63,084 nucleotides of DNA from Acidimicrobiaceae bacterium (lineage in GTDB: Bacteria > Actinomycetota > Acidimicrobiia > Acidimicrobiales > Bog-793), in contig PLKG01000132.1 of assembly GCA_003140595.1 (NCBI GenBank), positions 271-63,354 on the forward strand, read 5' to 3'. The notes beneath the pieces were generated by a model. It was not told the origin of the DNA and ran no database searches. It saw only the letters and a list, made by a program, of their open reading frames with translations. The position numbers and the translations under genes were made by a program. Shown piece after piece: positions 1 to 9,358 of the stretch; position 1 is the first letter of the stretch; every line of letters begins with the position of its first letter.

Positions 1-44
1 CCGTACGGGCCGTCCCACGAGAACGAGAATCGATACGTCGGCAC
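1..44 (-). CDS. Possible N-terminus of a gene running off the window (MPTYRFSFSWDGPYG...)
   Basis: GTG at 44 shortly after the GT2 stop; the frame is open to the window edge. Too short to assign a product. Confidence 0.3.
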   Translation of the reverse strand, partial: MPTYRFSFSWDGPY

Positions 45-87
45 GTGCTCGGGCCCGGTGCTCTCGCGGGCCTCGGCCTCGGAAGGC

Positions 88-1038
88 TCAGAATCGGTGC
101 TCGGCATACTCTCCCTCGTGGAAGAAGGCGACTGAGGCGACCTGCTCTTCAGAGACACCGAGCGCCTCGCGGTAGGTCAGAGGAAGTGAGCCTTCGGCGC
201 GCTTGCCCAGGAACTCCGCCGCAGCTCCGCGATGAAGCTCGCTCCCGTTGACCTCGGCCCAGTTGAGCCACCAGTCGACGAAGTCACCTCGCTCCGCCCG
301 GTGGCCGAGGAGCAGTCGGGCCAGAACGACGTGGTACTCCTCTTCGGGTGATGGCGCGGGAAAGCCCGTAACCATCAGCTCCTTGTCGTGGAAGACCGCC
401 GCCTCGGGCACGTGGCGTACGCGCAGGCCGCCCAGCCGTACCCGCCAGGAGAGGTCCACGTCGTCGCCGTGGAGGAAGAACGCGGGCTCGAACCCACCGA
501 GAACATCGAAGACCGACCTGCGCATCGCCATCAGAGAGCCGCTCGCCCATGGTGTGTCACCGGTCACGGGGTCGAAGAACTTCGGGTGCTCGAGCGGGAT
601 CTGGCGCGCCTCGGCGATGCCGACGGTGTCGTCGTCGAGGACTCCTACAAGAGTCGCCAGACAGTTCGGAGCCAAGTAGGTGTCGGGGTTGAGCAGCACG
701 AGGACGTCGCGCTCGCCGCCGGTCCGGTGCGTCTCAGCCGTCCGGTTCGCGAGAAGGTTCTGACCAGCCCCGTGCCCCGTGTTCGTCATGAAAGAGACGT
801 AGTCGAACGTGATGTCGGCCCGGGCGAACATCTCGCGAGCCTCGGCGATCACCTCCTCAGCCACCACGGCATCAGGCCCCTCCGGGCCCCCGCAATCGCC
901 GATCGCGACAGTCACCGCCCAGTCGGCTGCTCCGGCGCGCAGTACACGAGTTGCGGCCGCCACAGATCCCAGCATCGCCAATAGGCCGGGCGCGTCACGG
1001 CCGTAGCGGACGGTCTGGACCCGCAGTGACGTCGTCAT
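88..1038 (-). CDS. Glycosyltransferase family 2
   Basis: NTGHGAGQN, LLNPD, GGFEPAFFLHGDDVDLSWR are typical GT2 motifs; paralog of 3692-4609. Confidence 0.85.
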   Translation of the reverse strand: MTTSLRVQTVRYGRDAPGLLAMLGSVAAATRVLRAGAADWAVTVAIGDCGGPEGPDAVVAEEVIAEAREMFARADITFDYVSFMTNTGHGAGQNLLANRTAETHRTGGERDVLVLLNPDTYLAPNCLATLVGVLDDDTVGIAEARQIPLEHPKFFDPVTGDTPWASGSLMAMRRSVFDVLGGFEPAFFLHGDDVDLSWRVRLGGLRVRHVPEAAVFHDKELMVTGFPAPSPEEEYHVVLARLLLGHRAERGDFVDWWLNWAEVNGSELHRGAAAEFLGKRAEGSLPLTYREALGVSEEQVASVAFFHEGEYAEHRF

Positions 1039-1162
1039 CGCGTCGAGAGCCTACGGCCGCGAGCTCGCCGGGAGCGGTCCGCGCGCCCGCGCGAAGGGCC
1101 TCCCGGCCACGCGAAAAGGTCCCGGAAGCCGGACCGTCATGGGAGGACGAACCGTCTGCTGA

Positions 1163-3613
1163 TCAGCCGGAGCGCTGGCGGTACGCGTCGACGAGCTTCA
1201 GAGCGACGCGGAGCGGAACCGTCGCCTTCCAGCTCTTGGTGGCCTCGAACTCGGTGCGGACGCGAGCTTCCGCCTGGGCGACAGCCTCGTCGAGGCGCGC
1301 GAGCGCAGCGTCACGCTCGGCGACGGCGGCTTTGGCACGAGCTTCCGCATCCCGGAACTCGTGGAACCTCGCCTCGGCAATGGCCGTTACCTCTGCGGCA
1401 TGCTGCTCGGCCACAGCGACGCGTTGCTCGGCGAAGACCACCCGCTCCTCGGCGAGGGCCGCGCTCTGCTGGGCGACAGCCGCGCTCTGCTCGGCGACCG
1501 CGACGCGCTGCTCGGCGAAGACCACCCGCTCCTCGGCGAGGGCCGCGCCCTGCTCGACCGCCGCGACGCGCTGCTCGGCGAAGACCACCCGCTCCTCGGC
1601 GAGGGCGACGCTCTGCTCGACCGCCGCGACGCGCTGCTCGGCGAAGACCACCCGCTCCTCGGCGAGGGCGACGCTCTGCTGGGCGACAACCGCGCTCTGC
1701 TCGGCGACCGCGACGTGCTGCTCGGCGACCGCAGCCCTCTGTTCGGCGAGCTCAACACCCTGGGTGACCACAGCCGCGCCTTGCTCGGCGACGGCCACGC
1801 GCTGCTCGGCGACGGCGACGTGCTGCTCGGCGACGGCGGCTTGGCGCTCGGCGACCTTCACCTGGCGCTTGGCGACGGCTGCGCGCTGCTCGGCGACGGC
1901 CAGGAGCTGCTCGGCCGCCTCGACGCGCGCCAGCAACTGACCTTTCTCGACCCACAGGTCAGCCACCTCTGCAGTCGAAGTCGCCAGAGCGTCCTTCAGC
2001 AGGTCCAGGTCCTTGTTCAGCTGTTCGACCGTGTTCGCCGTCATCTCCATCTGGGTGAGCCTGCTCACGGTCCCAGGTGGGACGAGAAGGGGTCTCGCGT
2101 CAAAACGGCCCCGTATCGACCACGTCGTCAGGTCCCAGGTCTCCTCGGGATGCTCCAGGTGCGAGGCGTAGCCCCGCTTCCATCTTCTGTAGAGCGAGGT
2201 CACCTCGGGCGTGCTCGCCACACCGCACAGCAGCGAGGCGCTCAGCAACACGGCCCAGTCCTCGAGCACCGGCAGCTCGTCGTCGAAAGAGACTCCGAGG
2301 TCGGTGAAACAGCTCCGGGGAATCGCCACCGAGCAGTTGGGGGTCCGGTTGCCGACCAGGTGGGCGACAAGGTCGAACTCGAGGGGGTAGGGAGTCGTGG
2401 TCGGCCCGATCTGGCTGTAGCCGGTGCCGCATTCCCACGACTCCTCGTCTATCGAATGGGTGGCGCAGCCGGCGCGCACCACGGCGCCGGGACGGAGCCT
2501 GACGAGCTTGTCGAATTCGTCCACCCAGTGGCATAAAGCAAGATCGTCGTCGTCGAGGAAAGCCACGTAGCGACCGGACGCCTCGGCTACTCCGACCTGG
2601 AGAGGGTGGGCCCTGCCCCCGCCCTCCACACGTATCGTCCGGATCTTGCCCACAAGCCAGCGCGGAAGGCGCTCCATGACCTCGACGACGGCCGCGTGGT
2701 CGCTATCGGCGGTGTCGTGGCAGCAGATGATGACCTCGATGTCGCGATTGGTCTGGGCAGCGAGCGAGGTGAGGTTGTCCTCGAGCGGGATGAGGCGCCG
2801 TCCCTGAGTGCGCACGATCACGCTGAGGAAGGGCGCGGAGGCGCCCTTGGACGCCGGCGTCATCGGGCGCCGGGCGGCGGTCAGCTGGGACGCGGCGACG
2901 GGTAGGTAGGCCCGCACGAACTGGTCGACGAGGGCTCCCGGGCCGCTCTGCTCCCGCACCTGTAGGAGGAAGTCGTGCAGTGGCGTGCCAGCGGAGAGCG
3001 CCGTCAGAGTCTCGGGGAAGTGCTGGTCGCTGTGGCGGGCCACCAGGTCGTCCGCCTTGATCTGCTTCCAGCCGGCGCGCGACAACTCGTGCTCGAACGT
3101 GCCGGGTGCGAAGTGCGAGACCTGGCGCTCGTCGAGGAGTCCCTCCGAGGTGACGTCCCATCGGCCCGAAAGCAGCTTCGCGGCCAGGTCGAAGTGCGAG
3201 ACGTTGGCGACGCTCGCGACAAGCGGCGCACCCGGGTGCTTCCTCGCCACCTCGCCCAGGACCGCTAGCAGCTCAGCAGGCCGGGTGAGACGCTCGATCA
3301 GATCCAGCGCCACGATCGCCGCAAGCGAGCGTCCCGCGAGGACCTCCTCGAGACGCTGCAGTAGCGCGGCCTGTTCGCCGAGATCCACGACAGCTGTGGA
3401 GAATCCTCGCCCGGCAAGCTCCGCCAGGCCGTCGGGTTCGGCGCCGACCCCGAGGTAGTCGAGGCCGATCTCCGCGCATGATGCGGCAACAGCGCCCAGA
3501 CCGCACCCGAGGTCGAGGAGCACTCCCTCGTTGCGGGCGTGAGCTGAGAGGAGCCGGAAGACGTGGCCGTGGACGGACTCGCCCGCGTGGCCGGGATTGC
3601 TGGGCTTGGTCAC
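1163..3613 (-). CDS. SAM-methyltransferase + GT2 + long coiled-coil fusion protein
   Basis: LLDLGCGLG (SAM motif I); SVIVRT...YVAFLDDDD...EDW (GT2); C-terminal AEQxxAV heptads ending in SWKATVPLR. Confidence 0.85.
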   Translation of the reverse strand: MTKPSNPGHAGESVHGHVFRLLSAHARNEGVLLDLGCGLGAVAASCAEIGLDYLGVGAEPDGLAELAGRGFSTAVVDLGEQAALLQRLEEVLAGRSLAAIVALDLIERLTRPAELLAVLGEVARKHPGAPLVASVANVSHFDLAAKLLSGRWDVTSEGLLDERQVSHFAPGTFEHELSRAGWKQIKADDLVARHSDQHFPETLTALSAGTPLHDFLLQVREQSGPGALVDQFVRAYLPVAASQLTAARRPMTPASKGASAPFLSVIVRTQGRRLIPLEDNLTSLAAQTNRDIEVIICCHDTADSDHAAVVEVMERLPRWLVGKIRTIRVEGGGRAHPLQVGVAEASGRYVAFLDDDDLALCHWVDEFDKLVRLRPGAVVRAGCATHSIDEESWECGTGYSQIGPTTTPYPLEFDLVAHLVGNRTPNCSVAIPRSCFTDLGVSFDDELPVLEDWAVLLSASLLCGVASTPEVTSLYRRWKRGYASHLEHPEETWDLTTWSIRGRFDARPLLVPPGTVSRLTQMEMTANTVEQLNKDLDLLKDALATSTAEVADLWVEKGQLLARVEAAEQLLAVAEQRAAVAKRQVKVAERQAAVAEQHVAVAEQRVAVAEQGAAVVTQGVELAEQRAAVAEQHVAVAEQSAVVAQQSVALAEERVVFAEQRVAAVEQSVALAEERVVFAEQRVAAVEQGAALAEERVVFAEQRVAVAEQSAAVAQQSAALAEERVVFAEQRVAVAEQHAAEVTAIAEARFHEFRDAEARAKAAVAERDAALARLDEAVAQAEARVRTEFEATKSWKATVPLRVALKLVDAYRQRSG
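1391..1915 (-). repeat. Intragenic tandem repeat: 25 x 21 bp heptads with a higher-order 63-bp unit
   Basis: 25 heptads counted from AEQLLAV to AEQHAAE; AEERVVF-AEQRVA occurs four times with near-identical DNA. Confidence 0.9.
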
Positions 3614-3691
3614 CTACGCACCGTCCCAAGGTTCGGCCCGAGGAGGTTCAGGCCCGTCGGGAACTGTCTCGTCGTGTTCATGAGCCGACGC

Positions 3692-4609
3692 TCACGAGAA
3701 ACGCTCGACTGCGTATGAACCATCTCGAAAGAATGCCACCGTATCTGCGCCGGCGACCGGCGAGGGCAGCCGGCCCTCGGCCTTACGTTCCCGGAGGGCC
3801 TCGGCGGCCTCACGTTGCGCCTCACTGCCGTGCTCGCTGTAGAAGGCCAGCCTCACCTCGAAGTGATCCGGGCGGCCGTACTTGCGACTGAGCAAAAGGT
3901 CCGCCTCCGCGACCGAACGCTCGTTCTTCGGCGAGACCAGCAACCGGCCCGAGCCGTCGACGCGCTGGTCGAGTATCACCCGGGCTGACGGCCTGTAGGT
4001 GCACTGGTAACCGGCCAGCCGGAGCCGCCACGAATAGTCGACGTCGTCACCATCGACGAAGAACGACTCGGCGTCGAGGCCGCCCAGCTCGGCGAACAGC
4101 TCTGCGCGAGTCAGTGCACACGCGAGCGAGCACCAGCCGGTCTCGCCCGAGACCGGGTCGTAGGCCTTCGGGTTCTCGAAGGGCAGTTGGTGCGCTTCGA
4201 CGAGGCCGACCTCTGGGCGGGCGAGGAGACCTCGAATCAGCTCTGTCACGGCCACCGGCCCGGCGACGACATCGTCGTTGCAGAGCAACAAGAGCTCGGA
4301 GTCGTTCGTCTGGAAGAGCCGGTTGTGTCCTTCGGCATGGCCGAGATTGCGCCCGAACCGTTCGTAGGTGAAATCGGCGCCACCGTAGACAAGAGCCTCA
4401 CGGAGCTCCTCCTGGGCCCTCTTGGAGAGCCCCGCCTTCTCTGAAGAGTCGCCCAGTGCTACGACCGTGGCGCCCAACAGGCCGGCGACACGCGCGTTGT
4501 GAAGCGACTGGGCGAGAGCCTCGACATAGCGGAGCAGGGTCGCGGGCGTGAAGGCGTGGGCGACGGTTTGCACGCGCAGGCTGGACGGAGGCATCTCGGC
4601 TTGCGACAC
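3692..4609 (-). CDS. Glycosyltransferase family 2
   Basis: NLGHAEGHN, LLCNDD, GGLDAESFFVDGDDVDYSWR. Confidence 0.85.
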   Translation of the reverse strand: MSQAEMPPSSLRVQTVAHAFTPATLLRYVEALAQSLHNARVAGLLGATVVALGDSSEKAGLSKRAQEELREALVYGGADFTYERFGRNLGHAEGHNRLFQTNDSELLLLCNDDVVAGPVAVTELIRGLLARPEVGLVEAHQLPFENPKAYDPVSGETGWCSLACALTRAELFAELGGLDAESFFVDGDDVDYSWRLRLAGYQCTYRPSARVILDQRVDGSGRLLVSPKNERSVAEADLLLSRKYGRPDHFEVRLAFYSEHGSEAQREAAEALRERKAEGRLPSPVAGADTVAFFRDGSYAVERFS

Positions 4610-4876
4610 GGCACTCCCATCTCTTTAGACCCGGCTCGGGCCGGGCTGACATGCCGACAATATCCCCGGTGCGGGCCAGCGAGGTGTTCTGGGCCGCCGC
4701 ATCACCACGATGCGTCACGAACAAGCCGCTCTCGGTCGGCCTCCGGCGGGCATCGACGCAGGCAGGTCGTGTCCCCGAGCCCCGATTGGGAGCCGCGGGC
4801 AAGTACCCGCTAGTTTCACGTCGGCTGTACGGTCAGGTAAGTTATTTCGTATAGTAAAGGAATGCCACCAGATTAT

Positions 4877-4886
4877 TTAGTGCTAA
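4877..4886. promoter_or_regulatory. Candidate operator TTAGTGCTAA upstream of the B12-binding regulator
   Basis: Near-palindrome in an AT-rich stretch; matches TTAGTACTAA at 9340-9349 at 9 of 10 positions. Confidence 0.5.
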
Positions 4887-4915
4887 GTTTTGCGAGGTGA
4901 GAACGATCCCAAAGG

Positions 4916-5755
4916 ATGGAAATGTCTAGAAAGCCGCTCACTCTGCCGGAGGTCGCAGACCGCCTCGGCGTTCACTACATGACCGTCTACCGCTATGTCC
5001 GCACGGGCAGGCTCCCCGCCAAGCGTGTCAGGGGTGCGTGGCAGGTCGATCCTGCGGACCTCGCGCACGTGGAACGGTCCAGGCAGGGACCCCGTGCGAC
5101 CGGCAAGGCGCCGTCGCGCGCCCGCCTCGAGGCGCGACTTGTCGCGAGTGACGAGGCCGGGGCGTGGGACGTCCTCGAAGAGGCCCTCGCTTCGGGCATG
5201 GAACCGGACGAAGTGCTCCTGGAGCTCATCGGACCCGCGCTGCACTCGATAGGAACGCTTTGGGAGCAAGGCAAGCTCTCGGTCGCGGATGAGCACCGCG
5301 CGAGCGCCGTCGCCGCGCGGCTCGTGAGCAGACTCGGCGCCCGCTTCGCCCGCCGGGGTCACAGGCGGGGAACGGTGGTCCTCGCCGGCGCACCCGGCGA
5401 GCTGCACGCATTGCCTGTCTCCATTGCGGCCAACCTGCTGCGTTGGAAGGGATTCGACGTCGTCGAGCTCGGAGCGGACACCCCCGCGGAAGCTCTCGTG
5501 GAGACGGCGGCGGGCGAGCCAGACCTCCTGGCCGTAGGCATCGTGTGCACAGCAGCAGGATCACCCAAAGCGGCGCGCCGAGCGGTCGCCGCTCTGCACC
5601 AGGCCGTCCCCAAGGTGCCAGTCCTCCTCGGAGGGGCCGCCGTCGCCGATGTCGCCCACGCCCGCCGACTGGGTGCCGACGTGTTCACCGGCGGTCGTGC
5701 CGACGAGGTCGTGCGCTGCGTGGAGGCCATCGTCGCTCCGAAGTCCGCGCGCTGA
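4916..5755 (+). CDS. HTH (MerR/excisionase-like) + cobalamin-binding regulator, CarH/LitR-like photoreceptor
   Basis: LTLPEVADRLGVHYMTVYRYVRTGRLPA HTH; W-x9-EH (WEQGKLSVADEH); GELHALP...ELGADTP B12 Rossmann motif. Confidence 0.85.
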   Translation: MEMSRKPLTLPEVADRLGVHYMTVYRYVRTGRLPAKRVRGAWQVDPADLAHVERSRQGPRATGKAPSRARLEARLVASDEAGAWDVLEEALASGMEPDEVLLELIGPALHSIGTLWEQGKLSVADEHRASAVAARLVSRLGARFARRGHRRGTVVLAGAPGELHALPVSIAANLLRWKGFDVVELGADTPAEALVETAAGEPDLLAVGIVCTAAGSPKAARRAVAALHQAVPKVPVLLGGAAVADVAHARRLGADVFTGGRADEVVRCVEAIVAPKSAR

Positions 5756-5782
5756 CGCCGACGCGGACGGTCGCAAGCTCTG

Positions 5783-7063
5783 TCAGGCGGCGCGGGCGCT
5801 CAGTCGACCGCGCCAGGAGGGCTTCGCGAGCACGACCTGCACGTCGCTCACGTGGCGTTCCAAAAACGCCGCCTCGCAGTACGCGAGGTACAGGGCCCAG
5901 AGCCGACGGAACTCGGTGCTCACCTTGAGGCGCTGGAGCTGAGCTTCGTGCGAGTCCAGGTTCGCTGCCCAACGCTGCAATGTCTCGGCGTAGTGGCGAC
6001 CGATGTCCTCGAGGTCGACGATGCGCAGATCGGTCGCCCTCGCCACACAAGCGGTGATCGAGGCAACCGAGGGCAGGCAGCCGCCGGGAAACACCATGGC
6101 GCGGATGAAGTCCTTGTGCCACTTGGCGCGGGAAAAGCTGCGATCGTCGATGACGATGGCCTGGAGAGCGGCCAGTCCTCCATCGGCTAACAAAGCGGAG
6201 CAGGCCGCAAGGAAGTCGTCGTGGTGCCGCCAGTCGACCGCTTCGATCATCTCGACAGACACCAGCTTGTCAAACCGGCCGCGCAAGTCACGCCAGTCGT
6301 CGCCGAGCACGCTCACCCGGTCCGAAAGGCCGGCCTCGGCGACGCGACCGGTGACATAGGAGTGCTGGGCCGCTGAGACTGTCGTGGTGGTCACCCGGCA
6401 CCCATAGCGATCGGCCGCGTGGACGGCGAAGCTGCCCCATCCCGATCCGATCTCGACAAGGTGATCGCCCGGCCCAAGGTCGAGCTTGGAACAGAGACGG
6501 TCGATCTTGGCCAGCTGCGCATCTCGCAGGCTCGCGTCGGGACGCTCGAACACCCCGCAGGAGTAGGTCATCGTGTCGTCGAGCATCAACTCGAAGAACT
6601 CGTTGGACACGTCGTAGTGCGCCTGGACATTTCGCTCATCGTCTCCTCGGCTCGGCGCCGCCAGCCGCGCCGAGATGTCGAGGACCTCTCCCACCGCCCG
6701 CCCGAGGCGGTCCATCCAATTGAGCAGGGGGCGCATGCGAGAGAACATCTCCCGCAGGAAAGCGGTCAGGTCGTCGGCGTCCCACCACCCGGCTATGTAA
6801 GAGGCCCCGAGGCCGACCGATCCCGATCGCAGCAACGCCTCGTAGGCGCGAGGGTCGTGCACCTCGACGCGCGCCACCGGATCGCCGGTGCCCAGTCGAT
6901 GCGTCCTGCCGGCTTCCACAACCTCGATCGCGCCGCCGGCGCCCCGAGCGCCGGCCGCGAGGACGACCTTGCGGGCGGTCTTCTCCAAACCGGTCCACAT
7001 CCGGCGCGGTGCGGCGTGGCGGAGGAGCCCACTGGCATCCACCGGCGGGACCTGCTCAGTCAT
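5783..7063 (-). CDS. cfa: Cyclopropane-fatty-acyl-phospholipid synthase family methyltransferase (UfaM/Cfa-like)
   Basis: HYDVSNEFF, MTYSC, EIGSGWG, SVEMIEAV, FPGG, YLAYCEAAF. ATG 7063 overlaps the upstream stop (ORF track starts at 7111). Confidence 0.85.
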   Translation of the reverse strand: MTEQVPPVDASGLLRHAAPRRMWTGLEKTARKVVLAAGARGAGGAIEVVEAGRTHRLGTGDPVARVEVHDPRAYEALLRSGSVGLGASYIAGWWDADDLTAFLREMFSRMRPLLNWMDRLGRAVGEVLDISARLAAPSRGDDERNVQAHYDVSNEFFELMLDDTMTYSCGVFERPDASLRDAQLAKIDRLCSKLDLGPGDHLVEIGSGWGSFAVHAADRYGCRVTTTTVSAAQHSYVTGRVAEAGLSDRVSVLGDDWRDLRGRFDKLVSVEMIEAVDWRHHDDFLAACSALLADGGLAALQAIVIDDRSFSRAKWHKDFIRAMVFPGGCLPSVASITACVARATDLRIVDLEDIGRHYAETLQRWAANLDSHEAQLQRLKVSTEFRRLWALYLAYCEAAFLERHVSDVQVVLAKPSWRGRLSARAA

Positions 7064-7904
7064 GTCCGACACGGGGCTGTCCGTCGATGTCGAGCTTGCC
7101 GGAGTGGTCAAGGCCCGGACACCGGCGCGGCGGGTGAGCGTAGAAGGGCGCCCCCTTCAAACCGAGTCGGGCGGCTTGGGAGTAGATACCCGCCGACACG
7201 CGGTGGGTGAGCGCGGGATGCTCCCACAGGAGCCGTCCGAGCGCCTGGCGGTCGAGTGGCATGCGCCGTAACGACAAGGTCACCCCCAGCAGGCGCTCAG
7301 AGCCACGGATGACATCGAGGCCGACCATGAGACGCTCGGACGGCGCGGTGTAGCGAAGCTCGTAGTCGAGGTCCATCGGCAGGAAGGGCGATACGTGCAT
7401 TGCCTTGGCGAACCGGTGACGCCCCGGTGAGCCGACGACATAGACATGTCGTTCGTGCCAGGGTGTGTTCTCGACCTCGGCGACGAGCGCCTCCACTTCT
7501 TGGCCGTCTGCGCCGGTGCAGAAGTAGAGGCTTATCGGGTTGAAGAGCCAACCCCAGGTGCGCAAGTTGGCGAGCAGCGCGACGGGGCCCATCGGCCTCA
7601 GCCCGGAACGTTCCTCGACAAGGCTGCGCACGAAGTCGGGCAAGGCCGTGGCCCGGTCGCCCAGGAAGTCCTCGCGGCGGAACCAGACGGGCGACGGGCG
7701 ACGGTCCGACCATAGCGGGTGCAACCGGGTGACTGACTCGATCTCATCCAGATAAAGCAGTGGCATCACGACGCGATAGGTGAACTCGTGCGCGGTACCC
7801 GGCCCGACACGGCGGTGCAGGACGGTCCCTTCGTACACGGCGCTGCGCAGTCCTTGAGCGGAGCGATGTCCGGCACCTCTCCGGGTTGTCGGCGTTGTCG
7901 TCAC
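7056..7904 (-). CDS. DUF1365 family protein (UfaO-like)
   Basis: GTVLHRR, FNPISLYFC, AEVENTPWHERHVY, KAMHVSPF, IYSQAARL. Confidence 0.85.
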   Translation of the reverse strand: MTTTPTTRRGAGHRSAQGLRSAVYEGTVLHRRVGPGTAHEFTYRVVMPLLYLDEIESVTRLHPLWSDRRPSPVWFRREDFLGDRATALPDFVRSLVEERSGLRPMGPVALLANLRTWGWLFNPISLYFCTGADGQEVEALVAEVENTPWHERHVYVVGSPGRHRFAKAMHVSPFLPMDLDYELRYTAPSERLMVGLDVIRGSERLLGVTLSLRRMPLDRQALGRLLWEHPALTHRVSAGIYSQAARLGLKGAPFYAHPPRRCPGLDHSGKLDIDGQPRVGHD

Positions 7905-9151
7905 AACGTCGCCCCGAGGGCGCGACAGACCCTGACCGCGCTGGCCACGCCATCCTCGTGAAACCCGTAGCCCCAGTAGGCACCGCAGAACCAGGTGCGG
8001 CGAATGCCGTTGATCTCCGCGTGGCGCTTCTGAGCAGCCACCGCCGCAGGATCGAGCACGGGATGGGCGTAGTCCATGCTGGCGATCACCAACTCGGGGT
8101 CAATGGCATCATCACGGTTCAGGGTCACAAGCACCGGCGTCCTCGACGAGAAGGCCTGAAGCTGGTTCAGATGGTATGTCAAGGTCGCCTGGTCGGTCTC
8201 GGTCTTAAGACGGTGGTAGTTCCAGCTTGCCCAGGCCCGCCTACTGCGCGGCATGAGGCGAGTGTCGGTGTGCAAAGTGGCCCGGTTCGGCTGGTACTTG
8301 ATCGAACCCAGGATCTGGCCTTCTGCCCGGTCGGGGTCCGACAGCATCGCCAGCGCCTGGTCGCTGTGGGTCGCCACCACGACGTGGTCGAAGGACTCGA
8401 GGCCGGCCGGTCCCACTACCTCGACACCATCGGCCGCGCGTCGGATCTTGTCGACCGGCGTCCCGAGCCGCAACCGGCCCTCGGCTCGAAGCGGACCCAC
8501 GATGGCGTCCACATAAGAGCGCGACCCGCCTGTGACGGTCCGCCACCGCGGCTGGTCGCGCAGGCTCAAGAGACCATGCCGTTCGAAGAAGCGTGCGAAG
8601 GTGGCCGCAGGGATCTGTGTGAAGGTCTTCGGTCCCGCCGACCAGATCGACGAGCCCAGCGGTACCAGGTACCAGTCACGGAACCCGACCGACCAACGCT
8701 GTGTTGCGAGCACCTCCTCCAAGGTCACCTCGTCGGGCGGCGGGTCCTCGAGCAGGCCACGGGCCAGGCGGTTGAACCGGCCGACATCCGCGAGCATCCG
8801 CAGGAACGACGGCCGTGCGATGTTGCGGCGTTGTGCGAACACTGTCGAGAGAGAGGTGCCGCGCCACTCGAGCCCGGTCCGCCGGTCGGCGACCCCGAAG
8901 CTCATGTCGCTCGGGTGGCTGGCCACACCGAGCCGGTCGAGGAGGCGGCAGAACAGTGGGTACGTGCGCTCGTTGTAGACGAGGAACCCCGTGTCTACAT
9001 CCACGGTGGCGTCCGGCAGCTCCACCCGGTGGGTGTGGGAATGGCCTCCCGGTCGATCGTCTGTCTCGTACAGGACGACGTCATGGTGCCCGTGGAGAAG
9101 GTGCGCGCAGACCAGACCCGACACTCCGCTCCCGATGATCGCGATCCTCAT
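7901..9151 (-). CDS. FAD-dependent oxidoreductase, amine oxidase family (UfaD-like)
   Basis: IIGSGVSGL, GGHSHT, VDTGFLVYNERTYP, AWASWNY, GAYWGYGFHEDG. Confidence 0.85.
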   Translation of the reverse strand: MRIAIIGSGVSGLVCAHLLHGHHDVVLYETDDRPGGHSHTHRVELPDATVDVDTGFLVYNERTYPLFCRLLDRLGVASHPSDMSFGVADRRTGLEWRGTSLSTVFAQRRNIARPSFLRMLADVGRFNRLARGLLEDPPPDEVTLEEVLATQRWSVGFRDWYLVPLGSSIWSAGPKTFTQIPAATFARFFERHGLLSLRDQPRWRTVTGGSRSYVDAIVGPLRAEGRLRLGTPVDKIRRAADGVEVVGPAGLESFDHVVVATHSDQALAMLSDPDRAEGQILGSIKYQPNRATLHTDTRLMPRSRRAWASWNYHRLKTETDQATLTYHLNQLQAFSSRTPVLVTLNRDDAIDPELVIASMDYAHPVLDPAAVAAQKRHAEINGIRRTWFCGAYWGYGFHEDGVASAVRVCRALGATL

Positions 9152-9330
9152 CCTCTTCCTCTCCTCTTGTGCCTCTCAGCGCGTCGCGCGGCCGTTGTGC
9201 GCCTCGGCCGGGCGCGCTTGGCGCGTGGCCGCGGCTCGGTAGATGGGTTTTCGATGCCCGAGCCGTCTTGTACGGCCTTGTCGAACTCAAGGGCCGTCAC
9301 AGGCTCGTCTCGGCTCCGCCTCTTGTGCAT
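9148..9330 (-). CDS. Small basic 60-aa hypothetical protein (probably leaderless)
   Basis: ATG lies 6 nt after TAAAAT; its stop overlaps the next start (ATGA). Confidence 0.4.
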   Translation of the reverse strand: MHKRRSRDEPVTALEFDKAVQDGSGIENPSTEPRPRAKRARPRRTTAARRAERHKRRGRG

Positions 9331-9358
9331 AACGCTATTTTAGTACTAACATATTTCC
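9331..9358. promoter_or_regulatory. Symmetric bidirectional leaderless promoter centred on TTAGTACTAA (9340-9349)
   Basis: Plus strand TAACAT-N6-ATG(9359); minus strand TAAAAT-N6-ATG(9330). Confidence 0.6.

Noticed and set aside
1391-1915. Repeat array as a CRISPR
   Set aside because: No unique spacers; the period is a multiple of 3 inside a CDS; no cas genes.
1361-2536. 391-aa + strand ORF with LLGD repeats (also 951-1940)
   Set aside because: Antisense shadow of the heptad repeat.
4610-4870. Cobalamin riboswitch upstream of the B12 regulator
   Set aside because: No B12-box or other conserved aptamer elements recognised.
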